64,000 nucleotides of DNA from contig CAYWTL010000001.1 in assembly GCA_964460245.1 (NCBI GenBank), positions 56 through 64,055 of the forward strand, written 5' to 3'. This DNA is from an uncultured Syntrophaceae bacterium. Its GTDB lineage: Bacteria; Desulfobacterota; Syntrophia; Syntrophales; Fen-1087. The notes below the pieces were generated by a model, which worked only from the letters and a program-made list of their open reading frames with translations, was not told the DNA's origin and did not search any database. Within the stretch, counting starts at the first letter, position 1. Every line of letters begins with the position of its first letter. Both the position numbers and the translations under genes were made by a program. This document shows, piece after piece, positions 19,102 to 28,473 of this stretch.

Positions 19102-19213
19102 GCGACTCATGATGACGCGACACCCCGATTGGCATGGGGTCAGAAAGTGGGATGTTGACGCCTGAAATGACTAATAGTGACTTTTCGCTGATCTATGTTC
19201 GCGAGTATCTATT

Positions 19214-20545
19214 ATGGACCTTTTTTTAACGGCATATGATCCTTCCGATCTGCCAGGGGGCAGTATTGACCCGTTGGGTTTTGAACGTGGCTATCTCTTC
19301 TTGGCAGATAAGATTCTTCCTGGCATGACGAACGTCGCCTCGTGTCCAAGATATTTTGGGATGCTTTGTGCCGCGTCGCTCCTATCAGGCGTTGGAGGGG
19401 AAGAAGCATCTCGGAATCAAAGAACAAAGAGGGTCGAAAGCATTTTGAGGTTGGAGCGTCTGTGGGCATTGGCAAATGTTCTCGCCAAAACCAAAGACGG
19501 CAATCTGTCCGGATTGAGGGGCGTGACCTATGCACAGAGACAAGCGGAGCGCCTAAATGAAAACGGGCATACCAAAACAAGTTGCGATTACAAGCTCCTT
19601 GTCCGTCAGGCACCGTATGGCGCCGTGGGCATTTATGGTGCCGTATCGGAATACTGTAAACTTCTTTACCGGAAGACCTATGAATTGACCCCAGGGCTAG
19701 GCGCAGTTTTAGCGGAATGTTTCATTGAAGAAACAGGTATGCCCAAACAAGTAAAGAAAGCTGTTGTTGAGGCTGCTGAAGTATCTATCAGTGTCTTGGC
19801 CGAGTGGGGAGAGAGGGCCTACCTCTGGGGAAAATCCGGTACCGGAGAAAGTGCGTGCATAGCTGATATGATCGACGGCGTCGATATCAGATCACGCTTT
19901 GCTCTTCTTGCAACGAAAAACCAACCATTAGAAAATGAAACGGAAATCCAGCGGCTCGGGCGGATGACAGTCGCCATAAAGGGGAGTGATGATAACCATG
20001 ACATCTGGGAATCCCTTCAGGCAATCATGGGTTACGAATCCTGCTACAGATTGGCCCAACTCGCTTTCGAGAGACTCCTTTTTCTTTGTCGAAAAAGGAG
20101 CGGTCCTGGTGGAAGTTTCAAAATTTCTGATCTTACAGAAGATAAAGTGTTTCTCAATATTCTTGCACAGCTCCCCGTCGCCGTCGGATCTTTTTGTCAG
20201 ACCCTGGACAAGGCTGAAACTGCACACTTCAGAAAGGAAACCGAAGAGCGACTGGCCGACGTCCGTCAGTTTCTCGTTGATGCGGCAACAGCAGGCACCA
20301 GTTCCAGCAACCTCTGTGAGATCATTTTGAATCGTCACAGAGACGTCCAGCACGGAAAATTTGATCATGGAAGGAGAAAAATGCCATGGATTCAGATGAA
20401 TGACGGGAAACTATCCCTAACGATGACGCGGGTCGGCGGATTGGACCGGGAGGCAACAGAGCCGGAAGACATTACGCCTCACTTTTATCGATTGGAAGCT
20501 GCCGATAACTGGATGAGGGCCGCGGGTCGTTATGAAGACAGGTGA
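19214..20545 (+). CDS. Hypothetical protein (443 aa), no motif recognised
   Basis: A long ORF on the operon strand with protein-like composition. The N-terminal GGSIDPLGFERGY..LAD..LPG.T is reminiscent of DUF4007-like proteins, but only vaguely. The SD is poor. The 3' end overlaps the PLD start by 14 nt. Confidence 0.6.
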   Translation: MDLFLTAYDPSDLPGGSIDPLGFERGYLFLADKILPGMTNVASCPRYFGMLCAASLLSGVGGEEASRNQRTKRVESILRLERLWALANVLAKTKDGNLSGLRGVTYAQRQAERLNENGHTKTSCDYKLLVRQAPYGAVGIYGAVSEYCKLLYRKTYELTPGLGAVLAECFIEETGMPKQVKKAVVEAAEVSISVLAEWGERAYLWGKSGTGESACIADMIDGVDIRSRFALLATKNQPLENETEIQRLGRMTVAIKGSDDNHDIWESLQAIMGYESCYRLAQLAFERLLFLCRKRSGPGGSFKISDLTEDKVFLNILAQLPVAVGSFCQTLDKAETAHFRKETEERLADVRQFLVDAATAGTSSSNLCEIILNRHRDVQHGKFDHGRRKMPWIQMNDGKLSLTMTRVGGLDREATEPEDITPHFYRLEAADNWMRAAGRYEDR

Positions 20546-22625
20546 CAGCAAGATAGATGAACGCAAACTGATAGGCAACATCGCTCGACGCGAAGATTGG
20601 GGAAACTGTCACGGTTTCTGGGCAACGACCTACGAGTTTCAGCCTGTTTTTTTTGAAATGGACTTTCTTCCCAATCTTCTAAACCTCGGATCTTGGGACG
20701 ACCACCATTGGACGACTCGCATCACGCTGGAAAGGGAACTGGCACTGATGGACACTGCGTCCATTATGTTAGATGCCGGTTGCTACAATGAACGACCGCA
20801 ATCTCTCCGGGTCGAAATCTTACCGACGAAGGGTCGCAACGGTAATAAGCTGCACGCCAAGGTGCTCCTTTGTCTCTACGAGAAAGCACTTCATTTAATT
20901 GTTGGAAGCGCGAATCTCACCGACCCGGGATACCGGAAAAACATTGAAGTAGCTGCTGTTCTTACCGTCACACCGAAAAATGTTGGGCATGCGGGTTTAA
21001 TCAGTGAAGCCCTGACCAATGCCGGGGACATCCTCGGACCATGGTGGTCAGAAGCGGCCAATGGGTTGAATCAAAAAGCCATCGAATGGTTAAAGAAAGT
21101 CAGTACCACCAATTCCTCGACACGAGATTGGTTTGCCTGGGGCGGGGGCAAAACCCCCTTATGGCAACAATTCTTGAGCCGGTGGCCCCAAGATGAACAA
21201 ATTAGAAAAATCACCATAGTCTCTCCCTTCTGGTCCGATGAGGATGGCAAGGGGCCGGTGGCGCGATTTGTCAAAGAACTTCAAAGGCGAAAAGCATTAG
21301 TGAAGGATGCAGAAGTTCTTCTGGTCACCGAAGCAACACCGGAAGGGCAGAACTCATATCTGCCCAGTTTACCTTCGACTTACGGAATATTCGATTTCTC
21401 TGGCCTTAGTATCCAATGCTATGCACAGCCAGTGGATCCCACAGTCGCTAAGGAAGAGGTTCTGCGGGACGATCTACTCGTCACACGACGCCTTCATGCA
21501 AAAGTTGTCCTCCTTGAAGGCCAACGATCAAGCCTGGCATATGTCGGATCAGCGAATTTTACCCATAAAGGATGGGGTTTCCTGACTACACCGCTTACAT
21601 CAAATATCGAGGCAGGAATCATCGCCTTGAAGCGTGGCGACGGAAATAACGGCGTTGAGCAGTTGATCCCTAAACTTACCGGAACTCGCATTCGTTTGAA
21701 CGGTGAGAACGAGGCCCCATTAGGAACTTATCCAAATTACCAGAAAGGCATTCCCTGGCCTGCCTTCATCAAAGATATTCGTTTGGTTCCTGAAAACAAA
21801 ACCTCTCACATTCTCCAATTCCAAATCACCACCCGCCCTGTCGATAAAAGTGGACCTTGGAAAATCGCGTTTGTTGACGAAGAGGAAGAACCCAAGAAGC
21901 TTTTGGATGAAACCGAAGTTCCATTCACAGAACATGAATTCAACCGGCCCCTCGATAAAAATCAATTGGAACGCCTCCTGCGTGAGCGAGAGGTCTTAAT
22001 TTCTTGGTGGGAATGTCCGACTGGAAGGAGATGTCCGATCAATGTCGACGCGGCAGCCAGAGATAATCTTCCTATCAGTCCAGAATCACGAGATCCCAAT
22101 GAACGGATGCTCTTGGCCTATTATCAAGGGCGAATACTCTATGAGGATCTTTTCCCTCCCCCTGACGGAACGGGAGAAGAACTGCCAGAGCCAATTGATA
22201 GAAATCTCTCGGGGGTTGACACATCCAAGATTCAGTCATACCAGATCAGAGAATTTGTCGAGTCGATCGAAGGTATTCGTCAAGATCTGCAAGAAGCAGC
22301 AGACCATTCCGAAAAGGCCATGCGGTTGGCCCTTCTGGGTCCGGTAAGCCCCGTAGCCTTGTCCCGTATCATAGTCGATAGTGTTACCGACAAGACTGTA
22401 GGACGAACGCCTCTTGCTGCTGGATTCCAACTGACTGAGATTTTGTGCCTCCTGAAGGACGCTTCATATCTCCCTGGGAATGATTCCTGGGATGAGCATT
22501 TGCAGAAAGCAATCGGAGAGATTCAAACGCTGATCAATCAAATGGTGACCGACTACCCGGATATCTTGGGCAAGCAGACGCGTTTTGAAAAATACTTTAA
22601 CGCCCTGCTGTCTCATTTTTCTTGA
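20532..22625 (+). CDS. PLD-superfamily nuclease-like protein with two HKD motifs
   Basis: The two motifs are KLHAKVLL...VGSANLT and RLHAKVVLL...VGSANFT. Confidence 0.8.
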   Translation: MKTGDSKIDERKLIGNIARREDWGNCHGFWATTYEFQPVFFEMDFLPNLLNLGSWDDHHWTTRITLERELALMDTASIMLDAGCYNERPQSLRVEILPTKGRNGNKLHAKVLLCLYEKALHLIVGSANLTDPGYRKNIEVAAVLTVTPKNVGHAGLISEALTNAGDILGPWWSEAANGLNQKAIEWLKKVSTTNSSTRDWFAWGGGKTPLWQQFLSRWPQDEQIRKITIVSPFWSDEDGKGPVARFVKELQRRKALVKDAEVLLVTEATPEGQNSYLPSLPSTYGIFDFSGLSIQCYAQPVDPTVAKEEVLRDDLLVTRRLHAKVVLLEGQRSSLAYVGSANFTHKGWGFLTTPLTSNIEAGIIALKRGDGNNGVEQLIPKLTGTRIRLNGENEAPLGTYPNYQKGIPWPAFIKDIRLVPENKTSHILQFQITTRPVDKSGPWKIAFVDEEEEPKKLLDETEVPFTEHEFNRPLDKNQLERLLREREVLISWWECPTGRRCPINVDAAARDNLPISPESRDPNERMLLAYYQGRILYEDLFPPPDGTGEELPEPIDRNLSGVDTSKIQSYQIREFVESIEGIRQDLQEAADHSEKAMRLALLGPVSPVALSRIIVDSVTDKTVGRTPLAAGFQLTEILCLLKDASYLPGNDSWDEHLQKAIGEIQTLINQMVTDYPDILGKQTRFEKYFNALLSHFS

Positions 22626-22634
22626 GGGAGACCA

Positions 22635-25600
22635 TTGATCAATCTTTCGCACGATTTCGATCTGGGCCAAGACAAGACACGAATGAAAGATCCGCGGGAT
22701 GCAGCGCGGCAAACCGCTACGGTTGAAGCCCTCCTTGATCGCTTTTTCAACGACGATCCTGACAGAAGATACGAGATTCAGATTCTGGCCGATGAGGTCG
22801 GCATGGGAAAGACGTTTGTAGCCCTTGCCGTGGCATATTCCATCCTGAGCGCCATGCGAGATAACCACAGTGATGGCGACCTTGATGGTTGCTATCAAAG
22901 AGTCCTCATTATCACCCCCAGCAACCAAGCGCTCTTCGACAAATGGCAGAGAGAGGTTGGTGAGTTCGTCAAGCGCTGCGGGGCTGAAAAAAATGATGAG
23001 ACGCGGCACTGGTTTGCTCCATTGGCAGTTAATCGAATTGATGATTTGTCGGCCGAATTGCGAACGCCCGGCCAGCGACCCAGAGTGCTTATAGCGACGA
23101 TGAGCCTTTTTGCCGGCACAAGGCTAAAACATTATGACCTGAAACGTAGGTTCTTGCTTGCTGCCCTTTTCCGTTACTGGGGGAATCGGTTTCAATATGA
23201 CTTGAGGCATAATCTTCTCAAAGGCACCCCTGCGGACTGGCCTCGAAAACATGATGAGTTATCCTTGTTGAGTGAGAGCGAAAAAGAAGTCCTCCCGTTC
23301 ACTGCAGACGAAATCTGTGATGCGCTGAGGAGATTGGATGAGCATGACACTGCAATATCTGGGGGATTGGAAAGCATTGAACAGCTCCGTTATATCTGCA
23401 GGCAGATCGCTGAGCCATACCAGCGCAACCGTAATGACTTGTTCAAGGAAGTAGAAAAGAGACTCACCGCAATCTACAAAGCCGTCACAGGCCTCCTGAT
23501 TCTCAAGTCCTTTCCGCTTGTCATTGTGGACGAGGCACACAACTGGAAAAATGGCCCGTCCAAGGGAGCCAATGGATATAAAGAATTTGTCCGTTATATC
23601 GCTTCCAGGGCACGGCGCGCCCTCTTACTCACCGCAACACCCTTTCAGCTTCGGCCTGAAGAGATGATGGAAATTCTAAAGGTGTCCGATGAGCTCGTGC
23701 CGTCATCAAAAATGGCCGACACCGTGCTGCGCCGCACCAGGCTGGAAAGGTTTCGGGAAAATTTCATCAGACCCACCCTCAAAAAATCCGAGAGCGCAAG
23801 CAGAAAATTTGCCAAGGAATGGGCCAGGCTCCCGTCCAGCGTTTCCATGCACACCATACAGGAAACGTGGTTAATACCTCGGGTGGATGAGATAAGACGA
23901 AAAATCGCAAAAAAGGCCAATGGAGAAAGCACAATCCCAGATACCTGGCTTCAGGAAACACTGCAAGACGCCTGTAGTTGGATGGAACCCGATCTCCGTC
24001 CTTTCTTACGCGAGGCGATGAAGCTCTACGCGCACAATTTGGAACTTTCACTGAAACTTGGCGCCCTGGTCATACGTCACCGTCGCGGGACTGAGCACAG
24101 ATTCTTTAAGATAGGCGGTGAGTACGGGAAAAATTCAATTGACGTGCTGATGCGCCCGGATAGGCATCTTCTACATGCAGCTCCAGGGCTCGACGTTCGT
24201 GGTGATGGTGAACTCCCCCACTACACCCTCATGAGATGCGTAACCGAGGCAAAAAAAGCGAAAGGACGGAAGGGACGCTCCTCTCTCGGGGCTGCCCTAA
24301 CCGGCTGCTATTCGACGCTTCTTTATAGCGCAGAGGGGAAAGACGTTCAGAATTGGCTTGAATCTTCAAAGGTCGGAAAAGTTTATCTGGCGCTGCTTAT
24401 GGACATGGTTTCGGAAAATGAGGATGAAAACCATCCCAAAATGAAAAGGGTTGTTGAAGAGGTGGTCTCGTCATGGCGCCGCGGGGAAAAGAGTCTCATC
24501 TTTTGTTTCCGTGTCAATACGGCAAAAAGGCTTCAAGAAATTATCGACCAGAACATCCGGAAGGAAATAGAGGATCAGGCAGGCCGCTGCCTGGGCGGGC
24601 GTACAAAGTTGGAGACCCTTCGTGGCCGCCTGACGAGACGAGATCAGGATCTTGTTACCATTGGGTTGGATCGAGTCCTTTGGTCATTGCTGTGGGCTGA
24701 AGGGGGAAATAAGAAAAGAAATGGCATAATCAAACCATCGTACCTTGAGGTGAAACAGCAGGACATTGAAGATTTGGCCAAGCTGTCCCTGCAATACGGG
24801 GTTCCAGTGACAGGGGAACGTGTTGACAGGGTTTTTATCAACAGGGCCGTGGAGCATATCATCGCCAAACGGCTGCTCAGGATCAAGGGATTGACGGAGA
24901 ATTGGAAGACGCTTCTCAATGCGGTATCAAAGTCGGAGTGGGTGGCACGCCCCTATGGCTTAAATCCAGATGTAGAAGAAGACGCCGGTGGCGATGAAAC
25001 ACCGTCTTTTGATGAGCGCGGTGTACATACAGCTTACAACCCGATCCCGTCTCCTTCTGAAGAACAGATACGCGCTCTCGCAAAGCAGATTCGAGAGACA
25101 CGCAGGAGGGCTGAAAAAACGGCACAAGTCCCTATAATCAACAACTACGCACAGGGGGCAAGTCTGTGGTTCGGCGAAGCACCATCTAAAACCTATACGA
25201 AAACGACTAAGGCCAACCATCTCGCTCTGATGCTATCTCGCATCCATAGGCATCTATGGTCACTTTCTCATGGCTCTGACAAGAACTTTGACTGGGAGTC
25301 CCGTCGAAAGGTTCTGCATGCCTTGCGTAAGGCCGTATTTAGAAATTCAGTCCTCCTGAGAATACTGCCAACACAGGCCGATCGTGAAGAAAGTTCGTGG
25401 GGACAGATGCTTGTCCAGTCTTTCTTCCGTCCAATGCCGGATCAAAAGGAATCCGTGGCGGACAGAATAACTGTTTTTTTGGAGGATCTCGATGCCGCGA
25501 GCGGAAGCCTCTCCTCAAAACGACCGGAAGAACAGGGTATGCGTCATGCTATCTATAGCGCGACCAGGCTCTCAGATCAGCGTTTTGTCGCTCTTGTGAC

Positions 25601-26120
25601 CGGCGCAAGCGGTGGTAATGACATAGATGCAAGGACAAGAGTCTTCAATGGATTCAATACGCCACTGCTTCCGGAAGTCCTTGTCTGTACACAGGTAGGG
25701 CAGGAAGGTATCGATTTGCATCGTCATTGCAGGCATGTGATCCACTATGACCTTGATTGGAATCCGGCGAAAATCGAGCAGCGAACTGGACGCGTTGATA
25801 GAATCGGAAGCAAGACGTTTAGAGAGAGGGAAACGTTTCACGGCAACCATGGAGTTTTTCTTGAAATCGGTGTTCCTTTTCTCGCCGGCACATACGATGA
25901 ACGCATGTATGAGGAGTTACGCCTTAGGGCGCAAATATTTGAAGTTCTAACGGGCGGGGACTTTGTTTCGGAAAATGTGGAAGGCCATGATCAGCCTGAA
26001 AGAATACAAAATGATGAGAGAGATCCTGACTCTCTTGACCGATTTCTGCCACTTCCCACAGAAATGGTGGATCAACTCCGAGTAAAGCTCCATGTTTGGA
26101 CGGAAGGACCACCGAAATGA
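22635..26120 (+). CDS. SNF2/DEAH-like SF2 helicase (1161 aa)
   Basis: Motifs: ADEVGMGKT (I), VDEAHNWKN (II), LTATPFQL (III), GQEGIDLH...EQRTGRVDRIGS (V/VI). The TTG start at 22635 has GAGGGAG upstream. An alternative ATG lies at 22683. Confidence 0.85.
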   Translation: MINLSHDFDLGQDKTRMKDPRDAARQTATVEALLDRFFNDDPDRRYEIQILADEVGMGKTFVALAVAYSILSAMRDNHSDGDLDGCYQRVLIITPSNQALFDKWQREVGEFVKRCGAEKNDETRHWFAPLAVNRIDDLSAELRTPGQRPRVLIATMSLFAGTRLKHYDLKRRFLLAALFRYWGNRFQYDLRHNLLKGTPADWPRKHDELSLLSESEKEVLPFTADEICDALRRLDEHDTAISGGLESIEQLRYICRQIAEPYQRNRNDLFKEVEKRLTAIYKAVTGLLILKSFPLVIVDEAHNWKNGPSKGANGYKEFVRYIASRARRALLLTATPFQLRPEEMMEILKVSDELVPSSKMADTVLRRTRLERFRENFIRPTLKKSESASRKFAKEWARLPSSVSMHTIQETWLIPRVDEIRRKIAKKANGESTIPDTWLQETLQDACSWMEPDLRPFLREAMKLYAHNLELSLKLGALVIRHRRGTEHRFFKIGGEYGKNSIDVLMRPDRHLLHAAPGLDVRGDGELPHYTLMRCVTEAKKAKGRKGRSSLGAALTGCYSTLLYSAEGKDVQNWLESSKVGKVYLALLMDMVSENEDENHPKMKRVVEEVVSSWRRGEKSLIFCFRVNTAKRLQEIIDQNIRKEIEDQAGRCLGGRTKLETLRGRLTRRDQDLVTIGLDRVLWSLLWAEGGNKKRNGIIKPSYLEVKQQDIEDLAKLSLQYGVPVTGERVDRVFINRAVEHIIAKRLLRIKGLTENWKTLLNAVSKSEWVARPYGLNPDVEEDAGGDETPSFDERGVHTAYNPIPSPSEEQIRALAKQIRETRRRAEKTAQVPIINNYAQGASLWFGEAPSKTYTKTTKANHLALMLSRIHRHLWSLSHGSDKNFDWESRRKVLHALRKAVFRNSVLLRILPTQADREESSWGQMLVQSFFRPMPDQKESVADRITVFLEDLDAASGSLSSKRPEEQGMRHAIYSATRLSDQRFVALVTGASGGNDIDARTRVFNGFNTPLLPEVLVCTQVGQEGIDLHRHCRHVIHYDLDWNPAKIEQRTGRVDRIGSKTFRERETFHGNHGVFLEIGVPFLAGTYDERMYEELRLRAQIFEVLTGGDFVSENVEGHDQPERIQNDERDPDSLDRFLPLPTEMVDQLRVKLHVWTEGPPK

Positions 26121-26223
26121 TTCCTAATTTGGATGTCGATTTATCTGTTCGCCAAGGACATGATTTTAATCCGGGTTTGATTGGCTGGCGCTGTTTGTAA
26201 TGACACCGCGTCTCCAATAAAGC

Positions 26224-28311
26224 GTGACTGGAATGATTGATTCAATGCATCGTGCGCAAAAGATCCTCAAAGACGTTTTCGGTTTTGAAGGGTTCTGGCC
26301 ACTTCAAGAAAAGATCATCGACCATGTCCTGAGGAAGAAGGATTCCTTGGTGGTCATGCCCACGGGCGGGGGAAAGTCCCTCTGCTATCAGATCCCCGGG
26401 ATGCTCTTCGAAGGCATGACGATTGTGGTGTCGCCGCTCATCTCCCTGATGAAGGATCAGGTGGATCAACTCAGAGAGTACGGCGTTCCGGCTCTTTTCC
26501 TGAACAGCACCCTGAGTGTGGCAGAGTACCGCGAAAACGTGACGAAGCTCAGGGGAAAACTGGCAAAGCTCCTCTACCTGGCCCCGGAGGCCCTGCTGGC
26601 GCCGCGGACCTTGTCGCTGCTTTCCGAGTTGGTTGTCGATTGCATTGCCATTGACGAAGCGCATTGCATCTCTCAGTGGGGACACGACTTCCGACCCGAA
26701 TACCGGCAACTGGCAGAGGTTCGAACCGCCTTTCCCGATGCCTGTTGCGTGGCGCTCACGGCCACCGCGACACCGCGAGTTCGGGAAGACATTCGCCAAT
26801 GCCTGAAGATCGACGGCCGAAATGAGTTCATCGGCTCCTTCAACCGTCCCAATCTCTTCCTGGAGGTGGCCCCAAAGGAAAAACCCCTCGACCAGGTTCT
26901 GGATGTTCTGGAATGGTATCCGAACGAATCGGGCATTATCTACTGCGCCACTCGACGCCAGACGGAGGAGCTCAATGCTACCCTCCGACAAAACGGTTAC
27001 GCCTCCCTCCCCTACCATGCCGGGCTATCGGAAGAGGAACGAACCGAAAACCAGGAGCGCTTCCGCCGTGACGATTGTCGGATCATTGTAGCGACCATCG
27101 CTTTCGGGATGGGGATCAACAAGTCCAATGTTCGCTTTGTCATCCACTACGACCTGCCCGGAAGCATCGACAACTACTACCAGGAAATCGGTCGGGCGGG
27201 GCGCGATGGCCTTCCGGCCCACTGCCTTCTGCTGTTTGGCTATGGGGATCTGCACAAGATCCAGTACTTCATCGGACAAAAGACGGAACAGGAACAGCGG
27301 GTGGCCCAAATCCTCTTGAGCCAGCTCTTGGGCTTTGCCGAGACGGACCTTTGCCGCCGGATCCCCTTGTTGCACTATTTCGGAGAGCCCGATGTACCTG
27401 AGCGGTGCGGCATGTGTGACAACTGCCGGGACGGGAAAGAAAAAAAGCCCCTCGTCGATTTGACTATCCAGGCCCAGATGTTCCTTTCCTGCGTCAAACG
27501 GACCGGCGAAATATTCGGCGCAGGGCATATCACCGATGTCCTGCGAGGTTCCGCATCCCAGAAGATCATGAAATTCGGCCATGAGGCGCTTTCCACTTAC
27601 GGTATCGGCAAGGATCATTCCACCAATCAATGGCGGCATCTCATGAGGCAGTTGATTCAGAAGGACCTTCTGTTTTACGAGTATGAACATGGATCACTGA
27701 AACTGACTCCGAAGGCGTGGGAGGTCCTGCGCGGGAAAGAGCCCTTTTTCGGCCGGATGGATGAGCCCCGCAAAAAAAATGTCAAGGGAAGGAACGCGAT
27801 TCAAAGGCCACATGCAGATGAAGCGACGGCCTTTGATCCGGACTTATTTGAAGCTCTCAGAAAAAAGCGTAAGGCGCTCGCCGATGAAGCGAACCTTCCC
27901 CCTTATGCCATCTTCCATGACCGGACCTTGCGGGAAATGGCCACCACCTATCCCAGCAACAAGGAAGGCATGCTGGCGCTCTATGGAGTAGGCGAACGAA
28001 AACTGGAGAAATACGCCGATGCTTTTCTGGAGATCATCCGGGAGCATCTTCAAACCCACCCGATGCCGGAGACTCCAAAACCGATGCAGGCGTCAGAACC
28101 CGCCACCGATCCCACGCCCCCGGAGAACAATGGCAAGAGGCGCTATATCGTGATCGGTGAGCGATTCAATCAGGGGCGCACCATCGAAGAGCTGGCACGG
28201 GAATTCAACATCCAGCAAAATACGGTCATCGAACATCTCTTCCGATATCGGCGGAAAAACCGGCCCCTCCGCAAGGATGTTCTTATAAACTCGCGTCTGC
28301 CGCAAGATTAG
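26224..28311 (+). CDS. recQ: ATP-dependent DNA helicase RecQ, ending at an in-frame TAG
   Basis: Motifs: PTGGGKSLCYQIP, DEAHCISQWGHDFRPEY, the Zn-binding CGMCDNC, the HRDC segment LPPYAIFHDRTLREMA, and a C-terminal HTH-like segment. Start alternatives are GTG 26224, ATG 26233 and ATG 26245. Confidence 0.9.
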   Translation: MTGMIDSMHRAQKILKDVFGFEGFWPLQEKIIDHVLRKKDSLVVMPTGGGKSLCYQIPGMLFEGMTIVVSPLISLMKDQVDQLREYGVPALFLNSTLSVAEYRENVTKLRGKLAKLLYLAPEALLAPRTLSLLSELVVDCIAIDEAHCISQWGHDFRPEYRQLAEVRTAFPDACCVALTATATPRVREDIRQCLKIDGRNEFIGSFNRPNLFLEVAPKEKPLDQVLDVLEWYPNESGIIYCATRRQTEELNATLRQNGYASLPYHAGLSEEERTENQERFRRDDCRIIVATIAFGMGINKSNVRFVIHYDLPGSIDNYYQEIGRAGRDGLPAHCLLLFGYGDLHKIQYFIGQKTEQEQRVAQILLSQLLGFAETDLCRRIPLLHYFGEPDVPERCGMCDNCRDGKEKKPLVDLTIQAQMFLSCVKRTGEIFGAGHITDVLRGSASQKIMKFGHEALSTYGIGKDHSTNQWRHLMRQLIQKDLLFYEYEHGSLKLTPKAWEVLRGKEPFFGRMDEPRKKNVKGRNAIQRPHADEATAFDPDLFEALRKKRKALADEANLPPYAIFHDRTLREMATTYPSNKEGMLALYGVGERKLEKYADAFLEIIREHLQTHPMPETPKPMQASEPATDPTPPENNGKRRYIVIGERFNQGRTIEELAREFNIQQNTVIEHLFRYRRKNRPLRKDVLINSRLPQD

Positions 28312-28473
28312 CAGCAGGCGGTATTCGCAGCCTTCGCCCGTCTGCGCACTAAGCGGTTGCGTCCCATCTTTGATGATCTGAAAGGGACAATCCCCTACGA
28401 CGAGCTGAAGCTCTGTCTCGCTCCGACAGCGGAACTCCCCGCATCCAGCCTCAATAAAACACCCCTCGCTTAA
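28312..28473 (+). other. In-frame continuation of recQ after the TAG (53 codons, conserved-looking C-terminal tail)
   Basis: The same frame reads QQAVFAAFARLRTKRLRPIFDDLKGTIPYDELKLCLA... and then TAA at 28471-28473. This resembles the ...lg...lkPi.e.l.g.isYeeirl tail of long RecQ proteins. Confidence 0.55.

Noticed and set aside
6236-26120. Calling the operon class 1 DISARM or BREX.
   Set aside because: I see no DUF1998-type DrmA/DrmB. I also see no PglZ, BrxC, BrxL or PglX-type features. The methylase is DUF1156-type and is paired with a DUF499 ATPase.
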